This document shows, piece after piece, positions 17,916 through 27,072 of a DNA stretch of 62,547 nt. The stretch spans positions 1 to 62,547 of the IMG/VR virus record IMGVR_UViG_3300028585_000005; one strand, 5' to 3'. The notes beneath the pieces are model-generated. The model was not told the origin of the DNA, made no database searches, and saw only the letters and a program-made list of their open reading frames with translations. Both the position numbers and the translations under genes were made by a program. Numbering within the stretch: position 1 is the stretch's first letter; each line of letters begins with the position of its first letter. The DNA is from a virus (Duplodnaviria; Caudoviricetes).

Positions 17916-17954
17916 GAAGGGGCCTCAACCAGCAATGCTGGTTGGGGCCCCTTC
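17916..17954. terminator. Hairpin between convergent genes with palindrome copy 16 (17927-17943) as its core
   Basis: GAAGGGGCCTC-AACCAGCAATGCTGGTT-GGGGCCCCTTC. Confidence 0.75.
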
Positions 17955-17964
17955 TGGTTCGGAG

Positions 17965-18384
17965 CTACGGCGTTGCGTTCTCGTCCTGCTTGCCGGACCA
18001 CGGCGCGTTCGGGATCACACCGACGCCGATCGCCGCGGCGCCTGCGAGCAGCACGACCAGCCAGGACGAGCCGTCGACCTGGCTGAGGTCGCCCGCGTTG
18101 CCGATGACCGGGATGGCGGCCGTCAGTGCTGCCGCCAGGAACGCGGCGATGGTCTTCGCGACGACGCCCGCGAAGAGGTAGACGGGGACCGCCGCGACGA
18201 GCACGACGGCGATCTGCAGCCACTCGATGAGGCTGACGCCGCCCTGCTGTGCGACGACGATGCCGGCCGCCACGGTGGCGAGCAGCATCGAGATGGCCTT
18301 CGACGCCTCAGCGGGCGTCTGGGGGATGAAGCTGACGAGCTCGGCGTAGGCCGGGGTCGTCTCGGCCTCGTGGTCTCCTGCCAT
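17965..18384 (-). CDS. Holin-like multi-pass membrane protein
   Basis: About 4 TM helices with an internal repeat (VSLIEWLQIA / VDGSSWLVVL...GVIPN) typical of actinophage holins. Confidence 0.65.
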   Translation of the reverse strand: MAGDHEAETTPAYAELVSFIPQTPAEASKAISMLLATVAAGIVVAQQGGVSLIEWLQIAVVLVAAVPVYLFAGVVAKTIAAFLAAALTAAIPVIGNAGDLSQVDGSSWLVVLLAGAAAIGVGVIPNAPWSGKQDENATP

Positions 18385-18487
18385 GGGGGATCTCGATTCT
18401 GTGAGGGGGTGAGTAGGCAAGACGATGGTCGCACAGTGGCGGCCGTTGATGTACTGTCTGTAGCACCTCCCCGGAAAGAGGAACACC

Positions 18488-18820
18488 ATGGACATCGACG
18501 CATTCTGGCGTCGCGTCGACACGACTGGCGGGCCCGATGCCTGCTGGCCCTGGCGCGGCGCGATCAACAAGCACGGGTACGGTTCCGTCCGACTGCCCGG
18601 CAACATCTTCGTCCGAGCCCACCGGCACGCCTTCGTGCTGATGGGTGGGACGATCGGCCCCGGGCTTCGGCTCGACCACACCTGCCACAACGACTCGGGC
18701 TGCGAGGGCATCCGCAAGGAGTGCCAGCACCGGCGTTGCTGCAACCCCCGCCATCACGAACCCGTGACGGCACTGATCAACAACCGACGGGGCAACCGTC
18801 ACAAGAGGAAGGCTGCCTGA
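18488..18820 (+). CDS. HNH endonuclease
   Basis: FWRRV...CWPWRG...GYG...AHR...LDHTC...CCNPRH...N. Confidence 0.85.
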   Translation: MDIDAFWRRVDTTGGPDACWPWRGAINKHGYGSVRLPGNIFVRAHRHAFVLMGGTIGPGLRLDHTCHNDSGCEGIRKECQHRRCCNPRHHEPVTALINNRRGNRHKRKAA

Positions 18821-19554
18821 TGGCTGGCGAAGTGATGCAGATGATCGTGGGGAATCTCACGGCCGATCCTGAACTGCGGTACACCCAGGCGGGCGTGGCC
18901 GTGGCGAACATGACAGTGGCTAGCACCCCCCGCACGTTCGACCGGCAGGCAAACGAGTTCAAGGACGGCGAGCCGTTCTTCATGCGCGTCGCCGCGTGGC
19001 GAGAACTAGGCGAGCACGCCGCGCAGTCGCTCGGCAAGGGGATGCGAGTCATCGTCTACGGTGCGCTCAAGCAGGGCAGCTACGAGAAGGACGGAGTCAA
19101 GGTCCCGACCTTGACGCTCGAGGCTGAGCAGATCGGCCCCGACCTCCGGTTCGCCGTGGCGCAGGTGACGAAGGCGACGGGCAACCGCAACCAGGACCAG
19201 CGTCAGGGCCAGTACCAGCAGCAGCAGAACGGCGGCCAGCCGCCTCAACAGCAGGGCTACGGCCAGCCGCCCCAGGGCGGCGGGTACGCCGGTCCCCCGC
19301 AAGGCGGTGGCTACGGTGGTCCGCCCCAGGGTGGCGGCTACCAGCCCCCGCAGCAGCAGGCCGGCCCGCCGCAGGGCCAGCAGCCGCCCGCGCAGCAGCG
19401 AGAGCCCTGGCAGGGGCAGCAGCCCCCCGCGCAGCAGGCCGCGCCCACTGAGGCCCCGCCCTTCCAGCAGCAGCCGCCCGCGCAGGGCGCCGGGAGCACC
19501 GATGTCTGGGGCCAGCCGGTCGCGGGCGCCTACAACGACGAGACGCCGTTCTGA
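18820..19554 (+). CDS. ssb: Single-stranded DNA-binding protein
   Basis: IVGNLTADPELRYT...VASTPRTFDRQ; Q/P/G-rich linker; C-terminal DETPF. Confidence 0.95.
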   Translation: MAGEVMQMIVGNLTADPELRYTQAGVAVANMTVASTPRTFDRQANEFKDGEPFFMRVAAWRELGEHAAQSLGKGMRVIVYGALKQGSYEKDGVKVPTLTLEAEQIGPDLRFAVAQVTKATGNRNQDQRQGQYQQQQNGGQPPQQQGYGQPPQGGGYAGPPQGGGYGGPPQGGGYQPPQQQAGPPQGQQPPAQQREPWQGQQPPAQQAAPTEAPPFQQQPPAQGAGSTDVWGQPVAGAYNDETPF

Positions 19555-19859
19555 TGGGCACGTTCGGCACGGTGCTGCTCGTCATCCTGTTCTTCGTGCT
19601 ATTCATCGGCATCCTCTTCGGTGGCGGCGCGGCGGTCTTCTGGGCCATCGAGAAGTTCAGTCGCCCCTTGTTTCCCGTCGTCGGCATCGTCGTCGCGGGG
19701 CTGCTGGCGTTCGCGATCGCGATCACGGTGGCGATCAACTCGGGTGTCTTCGAGGGCAACAACGCCGAGCACTGCGGGCCCGGCACGCGCTACGTCTCCG
19801 ATTCGTACTACAACCCGGCGACGAAGACGACGATCACCGAGTGGATGTGTGTCGTCTGA
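19554..19859 (+). CDS. Membrane protein
   Basis: Two TM helices. Confidence 0.75.
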   Translation: MGTFGTVLLVILFFVLFIGILFGGGAAVFWAIEKFSRPLFPVVGIVVAGLLAFAIAITVAINSGVFEGNNAEHCGPGTRYVSDSYYNPATKTTITEWMCVV

Positions 19860-20101
19860 TGGGCCAGCAGCTCGCAACGCGACACCTCACGCCGAAGGAG
19901 GTGTACGCGATCGTCAGCCACGTGTCCCGTCACACCTTCGTGATCTTCTTGGTCACGCAGCTGGGGCAGACCAGCCCCGGCTGGGGTGATGACGTCTGGG
20001 TTCGCCACACGGTCAAGGGTGCCGAGAAGAAGGCGAAGCGGGAGGTCGACCGCTACCGCCACAGGTACGGCGGCTTGGCCGCAGATCGGCAGGTCCACTG
20101 A
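19859..20101 (+). CDS. Hypothetical protein
   Basis: TGATG overlaps on both sides. Confidence 0.65.
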   Translation: MGQQLATRHLTPKEVYAIVSHVSRHTFVIFLVTQLGQTSPGWGDDVWVRHTVKGAEKKAKREVDRYRHRYGGLAADRQVH

Positions 20102-20748
20102 TGGCCGCTCGCAAGAAGAAGCCCGTCAAGCCGCACCCGCTGCTCGAGTACGTCGACGAGTACGTCGGCGTGATCGGCGTCGACATGTCGATGACGAAGA
20201 CCGGCATCGCGATCCGCCACTTCGACACCGGCGAGATCGTGACTGGCCGGGTCGGGTCGGGCGGCGCATCCGACGACTCGCACGTCGACCGGTGGCGGCG
20301 GTTCAACACGCTCCACTCCGACTTCCTCAAGCAGATGCCCGACGGCGCCGGCCGTCACGTCTTCGTGATCGAGGAGCCGACCTACACCTCCGGCGGCTCC
20401 GGGTTCGACCGGGCCCACGCCTGGTGGAAGATGGTCGACCACGCCATGCGACAGGGGTGGATCGTGCTCGTCGTCAACAACTCGCACGGGAAGATCTACC
20501 TGGTCGGCCGCGCCTCCGGCAGCGGGGTCAACAAGATCGAGAAGGGCGAGCTGCTCGCCGCGGCGATCAAGACCTACAACTGGGTCGACATCATCGACGA
20601 CAACGTCGCCGACGCGATGGCGATGTGCGCGATCGGCTGCCGCATGGTCGGCCGGCCGATCGAGGAGTTCCTGCCCCAGACCCACCTTCGGGCGATCGAC
20701 GGGGTGGCGAAAGCGAACGGCATCGACGTCGGGAAGATCCCCGTCTGA
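20101..20748 (+). CDS. RuvC-like Holliday junction resolvase
   Basis: VIGVDMSMTKTGIA, VFVIEE and DDNVADA RNase H-fold acidic motifs. Confidence 0.85.
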   Translation: MAARKKKPVKPHPLLEYVDEYVGVIGVDMSMTKTGIAIRHFDTGEIVTGRVGSGGASDDSHVDRWRRFNTLHSDFLKQMPDGAGRHVFVIEEPTYTSGGSGFDRAHAWWKMVDHAMRQGWIVLVVNNSHGKIYLVGRASGSGVNKIEKGELLAAAIKTYNWVDIIDDNVADAMAMCAIGCRMVGRPIEEFLPQTHLRAIDGVAKANGIDVGKIPV

Positions 20749-21065
20749 TGGACGTCGGCTACACGTACGTCACGCCGACCTGGGAGCGCGTAGTGATCTA
20801 CGCGCCCCCGGGCCTGCAGCCCGCCGACGAACTCGAGCTGACCGGCTCCCAGGGTCAGCTCGTCACGGCCACCCGCCTCAGCGATCGCTCGCTGATCTGC
20901 GAGGACGGCACCGTGCAGGAGTTCGACCAGAAGAAGCGCCTGATGCTGGCCGTCACGAAGAAGTGCAAGGACCCCTTCGAGTGTCACAAGCACGTGATCG
21001 GCAAGTGTCACTGCGGCATCCACCCCACGGTGAACGGCCAGCGGCTGCCCGTCGCGCCCGCCTAG
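20748..21065 (+). CDS. Hypothetical protein (Cys/His-rich C-terminus)
   Basis: TGATG overlap. Confidence 0.65.
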   Translation: MDVGYTYVTPTWERVVIYAPPGLQPADELELTGSQGQLVTATRLSDRSLICEDGTVQEFDQKKRLMLAVTKKCKDPFECHKHVIGKCHCGIHPTVNGQRLPVAPA

Positions 21066-21129
21066 GGGAACTGCTACAGTAACTCTTGCACCACCCACCT
21101 CCCCGGAAAGAGGCCCCCATGGAGTACCC

Positions 21130-21639
21130 ATGCGCCTGACCAAGCAGCGCGAAGCCGAGCTACTCGAGCAGCTGCGCGACCCCGCCCGCAAGGACGAGCA
21201 CATCGTCTTCCCGCGCGACGCCTACGAGAAGTCCGGCGACATCCTGATCAGCCGAGACGGGCTGCGCCACTTCCTGCACCGCTACCTCTGGAAGCAGGTG
21301 ATCGACCCCGACCTGCCTCGCGGTCGGTTCCTGCTGGCGGCGTGCACGCCGACTGGCTGCGTCAACCCCTTCCACCGGAAGCTCGAGAGCGCGACCAAGC
21401 CTGGCGAGACCGCGACCGAGCGTGCCTCCCGTGCGCTCGGCGAGGCTCCGCCCGCGCCTGAGGCCAATCGGTTGAAGACGCACTGCCCGCTGGGCCACCC
21501 GTACAGCGCGGGCAACACCTATGTCTGGGTCGACAAGCAGGGGGCCACGCATCGCAAGTGCGTCATTTGCACGAAGGCCCGACGAGCACGACAGACCGAG
21601 CGCGAGAAGCGCGCCCGACAGCTAGGAGCAACCTCATGA
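21130..21639 (+). CDS. HNH endonuclease-like protein
   Basis: LHR...C...CVNPFH and KTHCPLGHPYS-x-x-NTY...RKCVIC. Confidence 0.75.
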   Translation: MRLTKQREAELLEQLRDPARKDEHIVFPRDAYEKSGDILISRDGLRHFLHRYLWKQVIDPDLPRGRFLLAACTPTGCVNPFHRKLESATKPGETATERASRALGEAPPAPEANRLKTHCPLGHPYSAGNTYVWVDKQGATHRKCVICTKARRARQTEREKRARQLGATS

Positions 21640-22418
21640 ACGAGATCGTCCACCCGCAACACGCGCTGCGCCCGCTCACGCCAGTGCAGATCGCCTACCT
21701 GACTAGCGCCCTCGACCGCAATCGAACGGCGACGCGGCGACAGGGCAGCTCGACCCTCACCTACATGGAGGCGTGGGACATCCGCCGCACGCTCAACCGG
21801 GTCTTCGGTTTCGGCGGCTGGTCTGAGGAGATCGTCGAGTCACGGCTGATCAAGGTCGAGACCGACATCCCGAAGAAGGACCGCGACGGCAACGTGACGG
21901 GCGTCACGGCGTTCCGGGTCACGATGCAAACCCGGACCCGGCTGCGCATCCACCAGCTCGGCGCTTCCTACGACGGCGAGGCGATGAGCACGCAAGCCGG
22001 CGCGGTCGTCGGCGACGTCGGCGACTTCGCCCTCAAGACCAGCGCGTCCGACGCGATCAAGCGGGCCGCGATGAACCTCGGCACGCAGTTCGGCCTATCG
22101 CTCTACAACAAGGGCTCGTTCGACGACGTCGTCAACTCGCAGTGGCTGCTCGCCGTCGGCCAGCGCCCGCAGGACGTCGAGGCCGCGGCAATCCAGCAGG
22201 CGCACGACGACATGCTGCAGGCGAAGCTCGTGCAGGAGCAGCGGGCCGAGCTCGACGCCTTCTACGGCGTCAACTCGGGGCCGGGCGTCGCGCCGACGCC
22301 GCAGATCGCCGACGCGCCGGTCGAGCCCGAGGCTGCGCCGCAGGGCGTCGACGGCTACGTCGACCCGCAGGCGCAGCAGGCGGCGCAGGATCAGGTGCGA
22401 GGAGCTTTCGGTGGCTGA
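21636..22418 (+). CDS. Rad52/Sak-like ssDNA annealing protein
   Basis: LTYMEAWDIRRTLNRVFGFGGWS...KTSASDAIKRAAMNLGTQFGLSLY. Confidence 0.85.
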   Translation: MNEIVHPQHALRPLTPVQIAYLTSALDRNRTATRRQGSSTLTYMEAWDIRRTLNRVFGFGGWSEEIVESRLIKVETDIPKKDRDGNVTGVTAFRVTMQTRTRLRIHQLGASYDGEAMSTQAGAVVGDVGDFALKTSASDAIKRAAMNLGTQFGLSLYNKGSFDDVVNSQWLLAVGQRPQDVEAAAIQQAHDDMLQAKLVQEQRAELDAFYGVNSGPGVAPTPQIADAPVEPEAAPQGVDGYVDPQAQQAAQDQVRGAFGG

Positions 22419-23472
22419 CGACGTCGAGCGCCTGCTCGAGACCCCGCCCTTCACCGTCGTCGGCCGCGAAGACCCGCGCCCCCACGAGGAGGGTGGCCGG
22501 ACCCCGCAGGAGTTCGCCGCCCTGCAGGCTCGCGGGCAGCAGCTGGGCCTCGACATCCTCGAGGCCGTGCGCAAGCACCAGCTGGCCGCGCCCCGCACCC
22601 AGCAGTCCGACAAGCGCATCCTCGGCCCATCCGAGCTGGGTGGCTGCCGCGAGTACATCCGAGCCTCGATCGCGGGCGACCCGAAGGAGCCGGCCACGCG
22701 CGTGAAGTGGGCGGCGTTCCTGGGGACCGTGACCGGCGACGCGATCGAGGAGGCCGTGTGCGCGCAGATCCCCGGCGCCGTGACACAGGAGCGCGTGACC
22801 GTGACCCTGCCGAGCGGCACCCGGGCGACCGGCTCCCTCGACATCCGGCTCGGCCGCGAAGGGATCATCGACCTCAAGAGCAAGTCCGGGATCACGGACA
22901 TCATGAGCGAGGGGCCCACGCTCAAGCACCTCATCCAGATCTCGGCCTACCTGGTCGGCGCGCTGCAGGCCGACCTCGTCGAGCCGGACGCCTACGCCTC
23001 GCTGCTCTACTTCGACCGCGCCGGTGACGAGAAGCGGATGTACGCCTTCGTGATCGATGTCGAGGACGCGATGTACTTCCTCGACGTCGCCGACCGGCGG
23101 CTGCTCGACATCGCCGAGGCCATGGCGACCGGCGTCACTCAGTCCTACCTGCGAGACGAGCCCGAGTCGTGGTGCTTCCACACCCAGTGCCCGTTCTACC
23201 AGGCGTGCTGGGGCGGCGAGGACTACAACCCGACCGGCAAGATCACGGACGCGCGCAGCACCGAAGCGATCCGTCGCTACGACAAGCTGCGCTCGATCAA
23301 GAAGACGGCCGAGGCGGGCATCGCCCAGGCCAAGTCTCAGCTCTTCCCGGACCAGACCGACGAGCGCACGAAGGTCGAGGGCGTCACGTCCGACGGCTTG
23401 CAGCTCAAGTGGCGTCTCAAGGAGAACGCCTCCGGCTTCATCAGCTACGTCATCGACGTCCGCCAGAAGTAA
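22411..23472 (+). CDS. Cas4/RecB-like PD-(D/E)xK exonuclease
   Basis: GPSELGGCR, GSLD...IIDLKS, QISAY, C-terminal C-x-x-x-x-CPFYQAC. Confidence 0.85.
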   Translation: MADDVERLLETPPFTVVGREDPRPHEEGGRTPQEFAALQARGQQLGLDILEAVRKHQLAAPRTQQSDKRILGPSELGGCREYIRASIAGDPKEPATRVKWAAFLGTVTGDAIEEAVCAQIPGAVTQERVTVTLPSGTRATGSLDIRLGREGIIDLKSKSGITDIMSEGPTLKHLIQISAYLVGALQADLVEPDAYASLLYFDRAGDEKRMYAFVIDVEDAMYFLDVADRRLLDIAEAMATGVTQSYLRDEPESWCFHTQCPFYQACWGGEDYNPTGKITDARSTEAIRRYDKLRSIKKTAEAGIAQAKSQLFPDQTDERTKVEGVTSDGLQLKWRLKENASGFISYVIDVRQK

Positions 23473-23499
23473 CCACCCACCCCCAACCAGGAGCACATC

Positions 23500-24054
23500 A
23501 TGACCGAACCCACCACCGATCCGACGGCCGTCATCGGTCGTTACGACCGCGACACCGAGAAGTGGGTGGCGCAGAAGTGGGACCACGAGGCGAAGGACTG
23601 GCGCGACGTCGTGCCGGAGCGTGAGGCCAGCGACGACGAGGTCGACGCCGGGCACGACGTGAAGCACCCGGGCTGGGCGACGATCGAACCGAGCGGCACG
23701 AGCGAGCACCACTGGGTGACGTTCGACGACGCCGACGATCCCGAGCGGAGCGCCTACCTGACCCACGTCCGCTTCCACTGCGACGCCCCCGAGGGTGCCA
23801 ACTGCCGGTGGACCTGCCCGGGTGACTGCGAGACGTTCCCGTGCCGGCACGAGCCCAAGCCGTCCGACTGCTGGGCGGCCCCCTGGTTCGAGGGCAACAA
23901 CTCGGAAGACGTGATGAACGACTACGAGCTCGCGACCTACGGGCTGGTCGAGAACGCCGTCGTCGACGTCAACTGGGAGGGCGACTACGCCACACTCTCG
24001 TACCGCATGACCGACAGGGCGCTGTCCGAAGACCAGAAGGTCGTGACCCGATGA
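23500..24054 (+). CDS. Hypothetical protein
   Basis: AGGAG RBS; acidic with a Cys cluster. Confidence 0.75.
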   Translation: MTEPTTDPTAVIGRYDRDTEKWVAQKWDHEAKDWRDVVPEREASDDEVDAGHDVKHPGWATIEPSGTSEHHWVTFDDADDPERSAYLTHVRFHCDAPEGANCRWTCPGDCETFPCRHEPKPSDCWAAPWFEGNNSEDVMNDYELATYGLVENAVVDVNWEGDYATLSYRMTDRALSEDQKVVTR

Positions 24055-24485
24055 TCGGCCTCGGCATCATCCTCGCTCACCTCATCGCAGACTACGTGCT
24101 GCAGAACGACTGGATGGCGCGCGAGAAAACGAAGAGGGGGCTCGTCGCCCTCTGGCACGGCATCGTGCACGGCTTGGTCTACACGGCCATGCTGGCACTG
24201 GCCGGCGCCGGGGCGGGGGCGGACCCCTTCGGCATCATGCTGGCGATCTCGACCATCATCATCACGCACGCGGTGATCGACCGGTTCCGCCTGGCAAAGC
24301 ACCTGATCTGGGGGCTGAACCAGCTGGCCCCGCGAGCCGACCGCTACTCCTGGCGGGAGGCCCGCGAGAACGGCGGGTACGCCGCCGACAAACCAGCGTG
24401 GATGTCGACCTGGCTGATGATCATCGTCGACAACACCCTGCACCTGACCATCAACACCGCAGCCATCGTGCTGCTCGTCCTCTAG
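24051..24485 (+). CDS. DUF3307-like membrane protein
   Basis: AHLIADYVLQNDWMA-x-x-K...H...THAVIDRFR...DNTLH. Confidence 0.8.
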   Translation: MIGLGIILAHLIADYVLQNDWMAREKTKRGLVALWHGIVHGLVYTAMLALAGAGAGADPFGIMLAISTIIITHAVIDRFRLAKHLIWGLNQLAPRADRYSWREARENGGYAADKPAWMSTWLMIIVDNTLHLTINTAAIVLLVL

Positions 24486-24493
24486 GAGACCCC

Positions 24494-24691
24494 ATGCCCC
24501 AACGACACGACCCCCTCGACCACCGCCAGGTGGACGCCGACCTGGCGGCCGAGAAGGTGGCGCACCGACGCCGCCCCTCTCTGCTCGGCCGTATCTTCTC
24601 GAAGGTGGCGATGATCCTGGTCTTCGCGATCATCGTCAGCGCCGGCATCGCCTTGCTCGCGTGGCTCTGGCGAGGGATCATCGGCGCGTGA
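24494..24691 (+). CDS. Membrane protein
   Basis: AGGAG RBS; C-terminal TM helix. Confidence 0.7.
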   Translation: MPQRHDPLDHRQVDADLAAEKVAHRRRPSLLGRIFSKVAMILVFAIIVSAGIALLAWLWRGIIGA

Positions 24692-25020
24692 TCGGTCAGT
24701 TCTACGCCTGGCTGAGCGACGAGCAGCACGCCGAGGCCCGGGGCGGGGCGATCACCCTCGCCCCGGGCGACGCCGGGCTGGTGTGGCTGACCAACCGGCC
24801 GGTCGCGCTAGTGCCTGCCACGCTCGGCCCCGCGCACCGCGGCCCCCACCGGTACCGCGTCGACATCGACCGTGCCAAGATCCATCCCTGGACGCGGTGG
24901 CGCGAGAAGCAGAAGATCGACATCAACGACTACTTCCACCTCGAGGTCGCGGAGCGCGCGCGGCCGGAGTTCTGGTGGATCTCCCCCCTCCCCGTCGTCG
25001 CAACGCACGACCCTCAGTAG
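24688..25020 (+). CDS. Hypothetical protein
   Basis: GTGA overlap. Confidence 0.65.
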   Translation: MIGQFYAWLSDEQHAEARGGAITLAPGDAGLVWLTNRPVALVPATLGPAHRGPHRYRVDIDRAKIHPWTRWREKQKIDINDYFHLEVAERARPEFWWISPLPVVATHDPQ

Positions 25021-25034
25021 AGCAGGAGCAGCAC

Positions 25035-25277
25035 ATGGCACCCAAGATCGCAGACACGGCGACCATCACGATCACCCGAGGCACCCGTCAGGGGCTCCAC
25101 GACGCCCTCTCCGTCGTTGGAGAGGCGATGCAGGCGATGGCTCGCGCGATCGTCGACAGCGTCTCCACGGCGTTCCAGGCCCTCGCGCGGGCCGTTTCCG
25201 CCCCGACGCCCCCCCGCGTGCGCAGCTACCCCGGCGTCGACGCGCAGTTCAGCCACCGTGGCGCGCAGCGCCGCTAG
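25035..25277 (+). CDS. Hypothetical protein
   Basis: AGGAG RBS. Confidence 0.6.
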   Translation: MAPKIADTATITITRGTRQGLHDALSVVGEAMQAMARAIVDSVSTAFQALARAVSAPTPPRVRSYPGVDAQFSHRGAQRR

Positions 25278-25401
25278 TCTCGCGCACGACCTGCGAAGGG
25301 CGCGCGAGATGGCAGAGGCCAGGGGCCTGCGCCCCGACGTCGAGCAAGAGACGATCGAGATCCTCGAGAACGAGTTCGGCTGGGACATCGAGATCATGTG
25401 A
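25258..25401 (+). CDS. Hypothetical protein
   Basis: Last + gene before the terminator; start uncertain. Confidence 0.5.
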   Translation: MARSAASLAHDLRRAREMAEARGLRPDVEQETIEILENEFGWDIEIM

Positions 25402-25407
25402 CACCTC

Positions 25408-25424
25408 GACCAGCAATGCTGGTC
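25408..25424. repeat. 17-bp palindrome copy 17, at the junction of the two arms
   Basis: GACCAGCAATGCTGGTC. Confidence 0.95.
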
Positions 25425-25430
25425 ACGCAG

Positions 25431-25470
25431 AAGACCCCCACCCGGGAGCGACTACGGGTGGGGGTCTTTT
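25431..25470. terminator. Intrinsic terminator between the converging arms
   Basis: AAGACCCCCACCCG...CGGGTGGGGGTCTTTT. Confidence 0.85.
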
Positions 25471-25523
25471 GCATTCCAACCTAAGGACGCTCCACGGTAA
25501 CCAGCCGTGCGAGCGACACCAGA

Positions 25524-25832
25524 CTACACAGACTTGGCCGACAGGACGCCGCTGTTGTCGACGGCCAGCGTGTACTTCGCACCGTTCGGCGCGACGAGCA
25601 GCACGGCGGCCGAGAGGATCAGCGGGTCGGCCGGTGTGCCCGTGCCCGAGATGGTCATGTCGACCGTCGTCGAGTCAGCCACCTTGACCTGGTCGGTCAG
25701 CGGGAACTTCGCCAGGTCGACGGAGACCCGGAACGGGTTCGCCTTGGATCCAACCCCGGTGATCGCGATCGACGTGCCCGCGACGACCGAGCAGCCGCAG
25801 CTCTCGCCAGCGCATCCGCATCCACGTGCCAT
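25524..25832 (-). CDS. Small virion/tail-fibre-like protein (paralogous to the N-terminus of 25835-26581)
   Basis: MARGCGC start; shared G-x-G-x-x-x-x-P and DSTTVDMT repeats. Confidence 0.7.
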   Translation of the reverse strand: MARGCGCAGESCGCSVVAGTSIAITGVGSKANPFRVSVDLAKFPLTDQVKVADSTTVDMTISGTGTPADPLILSAAVLLVAPNGAKYTLAVDNSGVLSAKSV

Positions 25833-25834
25833 GA

Positions 25835-26581
25835 TCAGGAGCCTCTCGGGAAGAACCAGAGGTCCCCGGTCGCGGCGTTCGCAGGCGGCGACGAGGACGT
25901 GGTGGTGGTGGTGATGGTCTTGCCGAGCACCTTGCCCGCGTCGAGCTTGCGCTGCTCCGCGACGGCGATGTCACTCGCGACGTGCGTGTGCGCCGACGGG
26001 GTGAAGGTGGACGGCTTGTTCTGGATGTTGGCCCACAGCGGGCTAGCCGCAGCCGGGAGTGGCGCGGCCCGCAGCGCGTTGTTCGCGTCGACGTAGATCG
26101 GCTGACCGATGGTCGTGTCCGTGCCGAGGCCAGCCAGAGGGCCGGAGCCCCAGGTGCCAGACGTGACGACGCGGATCGGCGCCGCGGCAGCGCCCGTGCC
26201 CGAGATCCCAGCGCCGACGTTGACCGAGCCTGCGGGGGCCGGCGGCAGCGTGTTGAACTCCCAGTGGCCGAGTGGGTAGGTGCCGACGTAGACCGGGGAC
26301 TCACCCGCGAGCGGCACGCCGGTCGGGTCCTGGATGTCGGTCAAGTCGCTCAGTCGCAGCGTCGACGACGCGCGCAGCTCGAACGGGTCCCCCGCGTTGC
26401 CGGAGCCGATGAGCGTCAGATCGACGGTCGGGGTGTCGCGGACGGTCAGGAACGCGCCGATGTCAGTCGACACCGACGTGATCTTGTACGGGTCGACGGT
26501 GGTGCCAGACCCAGTGACTCTGATCCCGGCGCCAGCCTTGATCGGGGTCGGCTCCCCGTCGTCGCAGCATCCTCGTGGCAT
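25835..26581 (-). CDS. Minor tail/fibre-like protein
   Basis: Gly/Thr-rich; WANIQNKPSTFTPSAHTH fibre motif; GDLW C-terminus. Confidence 0.75.
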   Translation of the reverse strand: MPRGCCDDGEPTPIKAGAGIRVTGSGTTVDPYKITSVSTDIGAFLTVRDTPTVDLTLIGSGNAGDPFELRASSTLRLSDLTDIQDPTGVPLAGESPVYVGTYPLGHWEFNTLPPAPAGSVNVGAGISGTGAAAAPIRVVTSGTWGSGPLAGLGTDTTIGQPIYVDANNALRAAPLPAAASPLWANIQNKPSTFTPSAHTHVASDIAVAEQRKLDAGKVLGKTITTTTTSSSPPANAATGDLWFFPRGS

Positions 26582-26607
26582 GGTCGTCCTCTCGTTCGGG
26601 GATCAGG

Positions 26608-27072
26608 CTAGTCGCTGGTGGCCGCGTCACGACGTCGCCGCACTTCGTCGTGCGGCAGCGAAACGCTCAAGTCTGCGAACTCGGGGGCCAGGATCGCCAT
26701 GTCGGTGTCGTTCGGCCAGGGGATCGTGTGGCCGTTCGCGCGGGACCACTCGTGCAGCGTGAAGATCCACCGGCGGACGACGGCCTTGATCGTGTCCGGC
26801 TCCTCCTTGAGCTTGTCGATCTCCGTCCGCATCTCGTCGATGAGGTCGTAGGCGCGCCCCAACTCCTCTTTCAGCCGCTCGTCGATCCGCTTGTCGGTCT
26901 CACTCTTGAGCGATGCGCGCTCCTTGGCGACGGCAAGGCGCTGGGCGTTGTTCTCGGCAGCGATGGCAGCGAGAGCGGCCCGGTTGTCGCTCCGGTTCTT
27001 GCGCAATGTGGCGAATGCGCCGATGAGTCCCGTGATGGCGACGATGTAGGCGACGATCTCTCCGGGGGTCAT
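26608..27072 (-). CDS. Membrane-anchored coiled-coil protein (lysis cassette)
   Basis: N-terminal TM helix then coiled coil; ATGA overlap. Confidence 0.75.
   Translation of the reverse strand: MTPGEIVAYIVAITGLIGAFATLRKNRSDNRAALAAIAAENNAQRLAVAKERASLKSETDKRIDERLKEELGRAYDLIDEMRTEIDKLKEEPDTIKAVVRRWIFTLHEWSRANGHTIPWPNDTDMAILAPEFADLSVSLPHDEVRRRRDAATSD

Noticed and set aside
19200-19500. PPQGGGY and QQPPAQQ tandem repeats
   Set aside because: Ordinary disordered linker of actinobacterial SSB.
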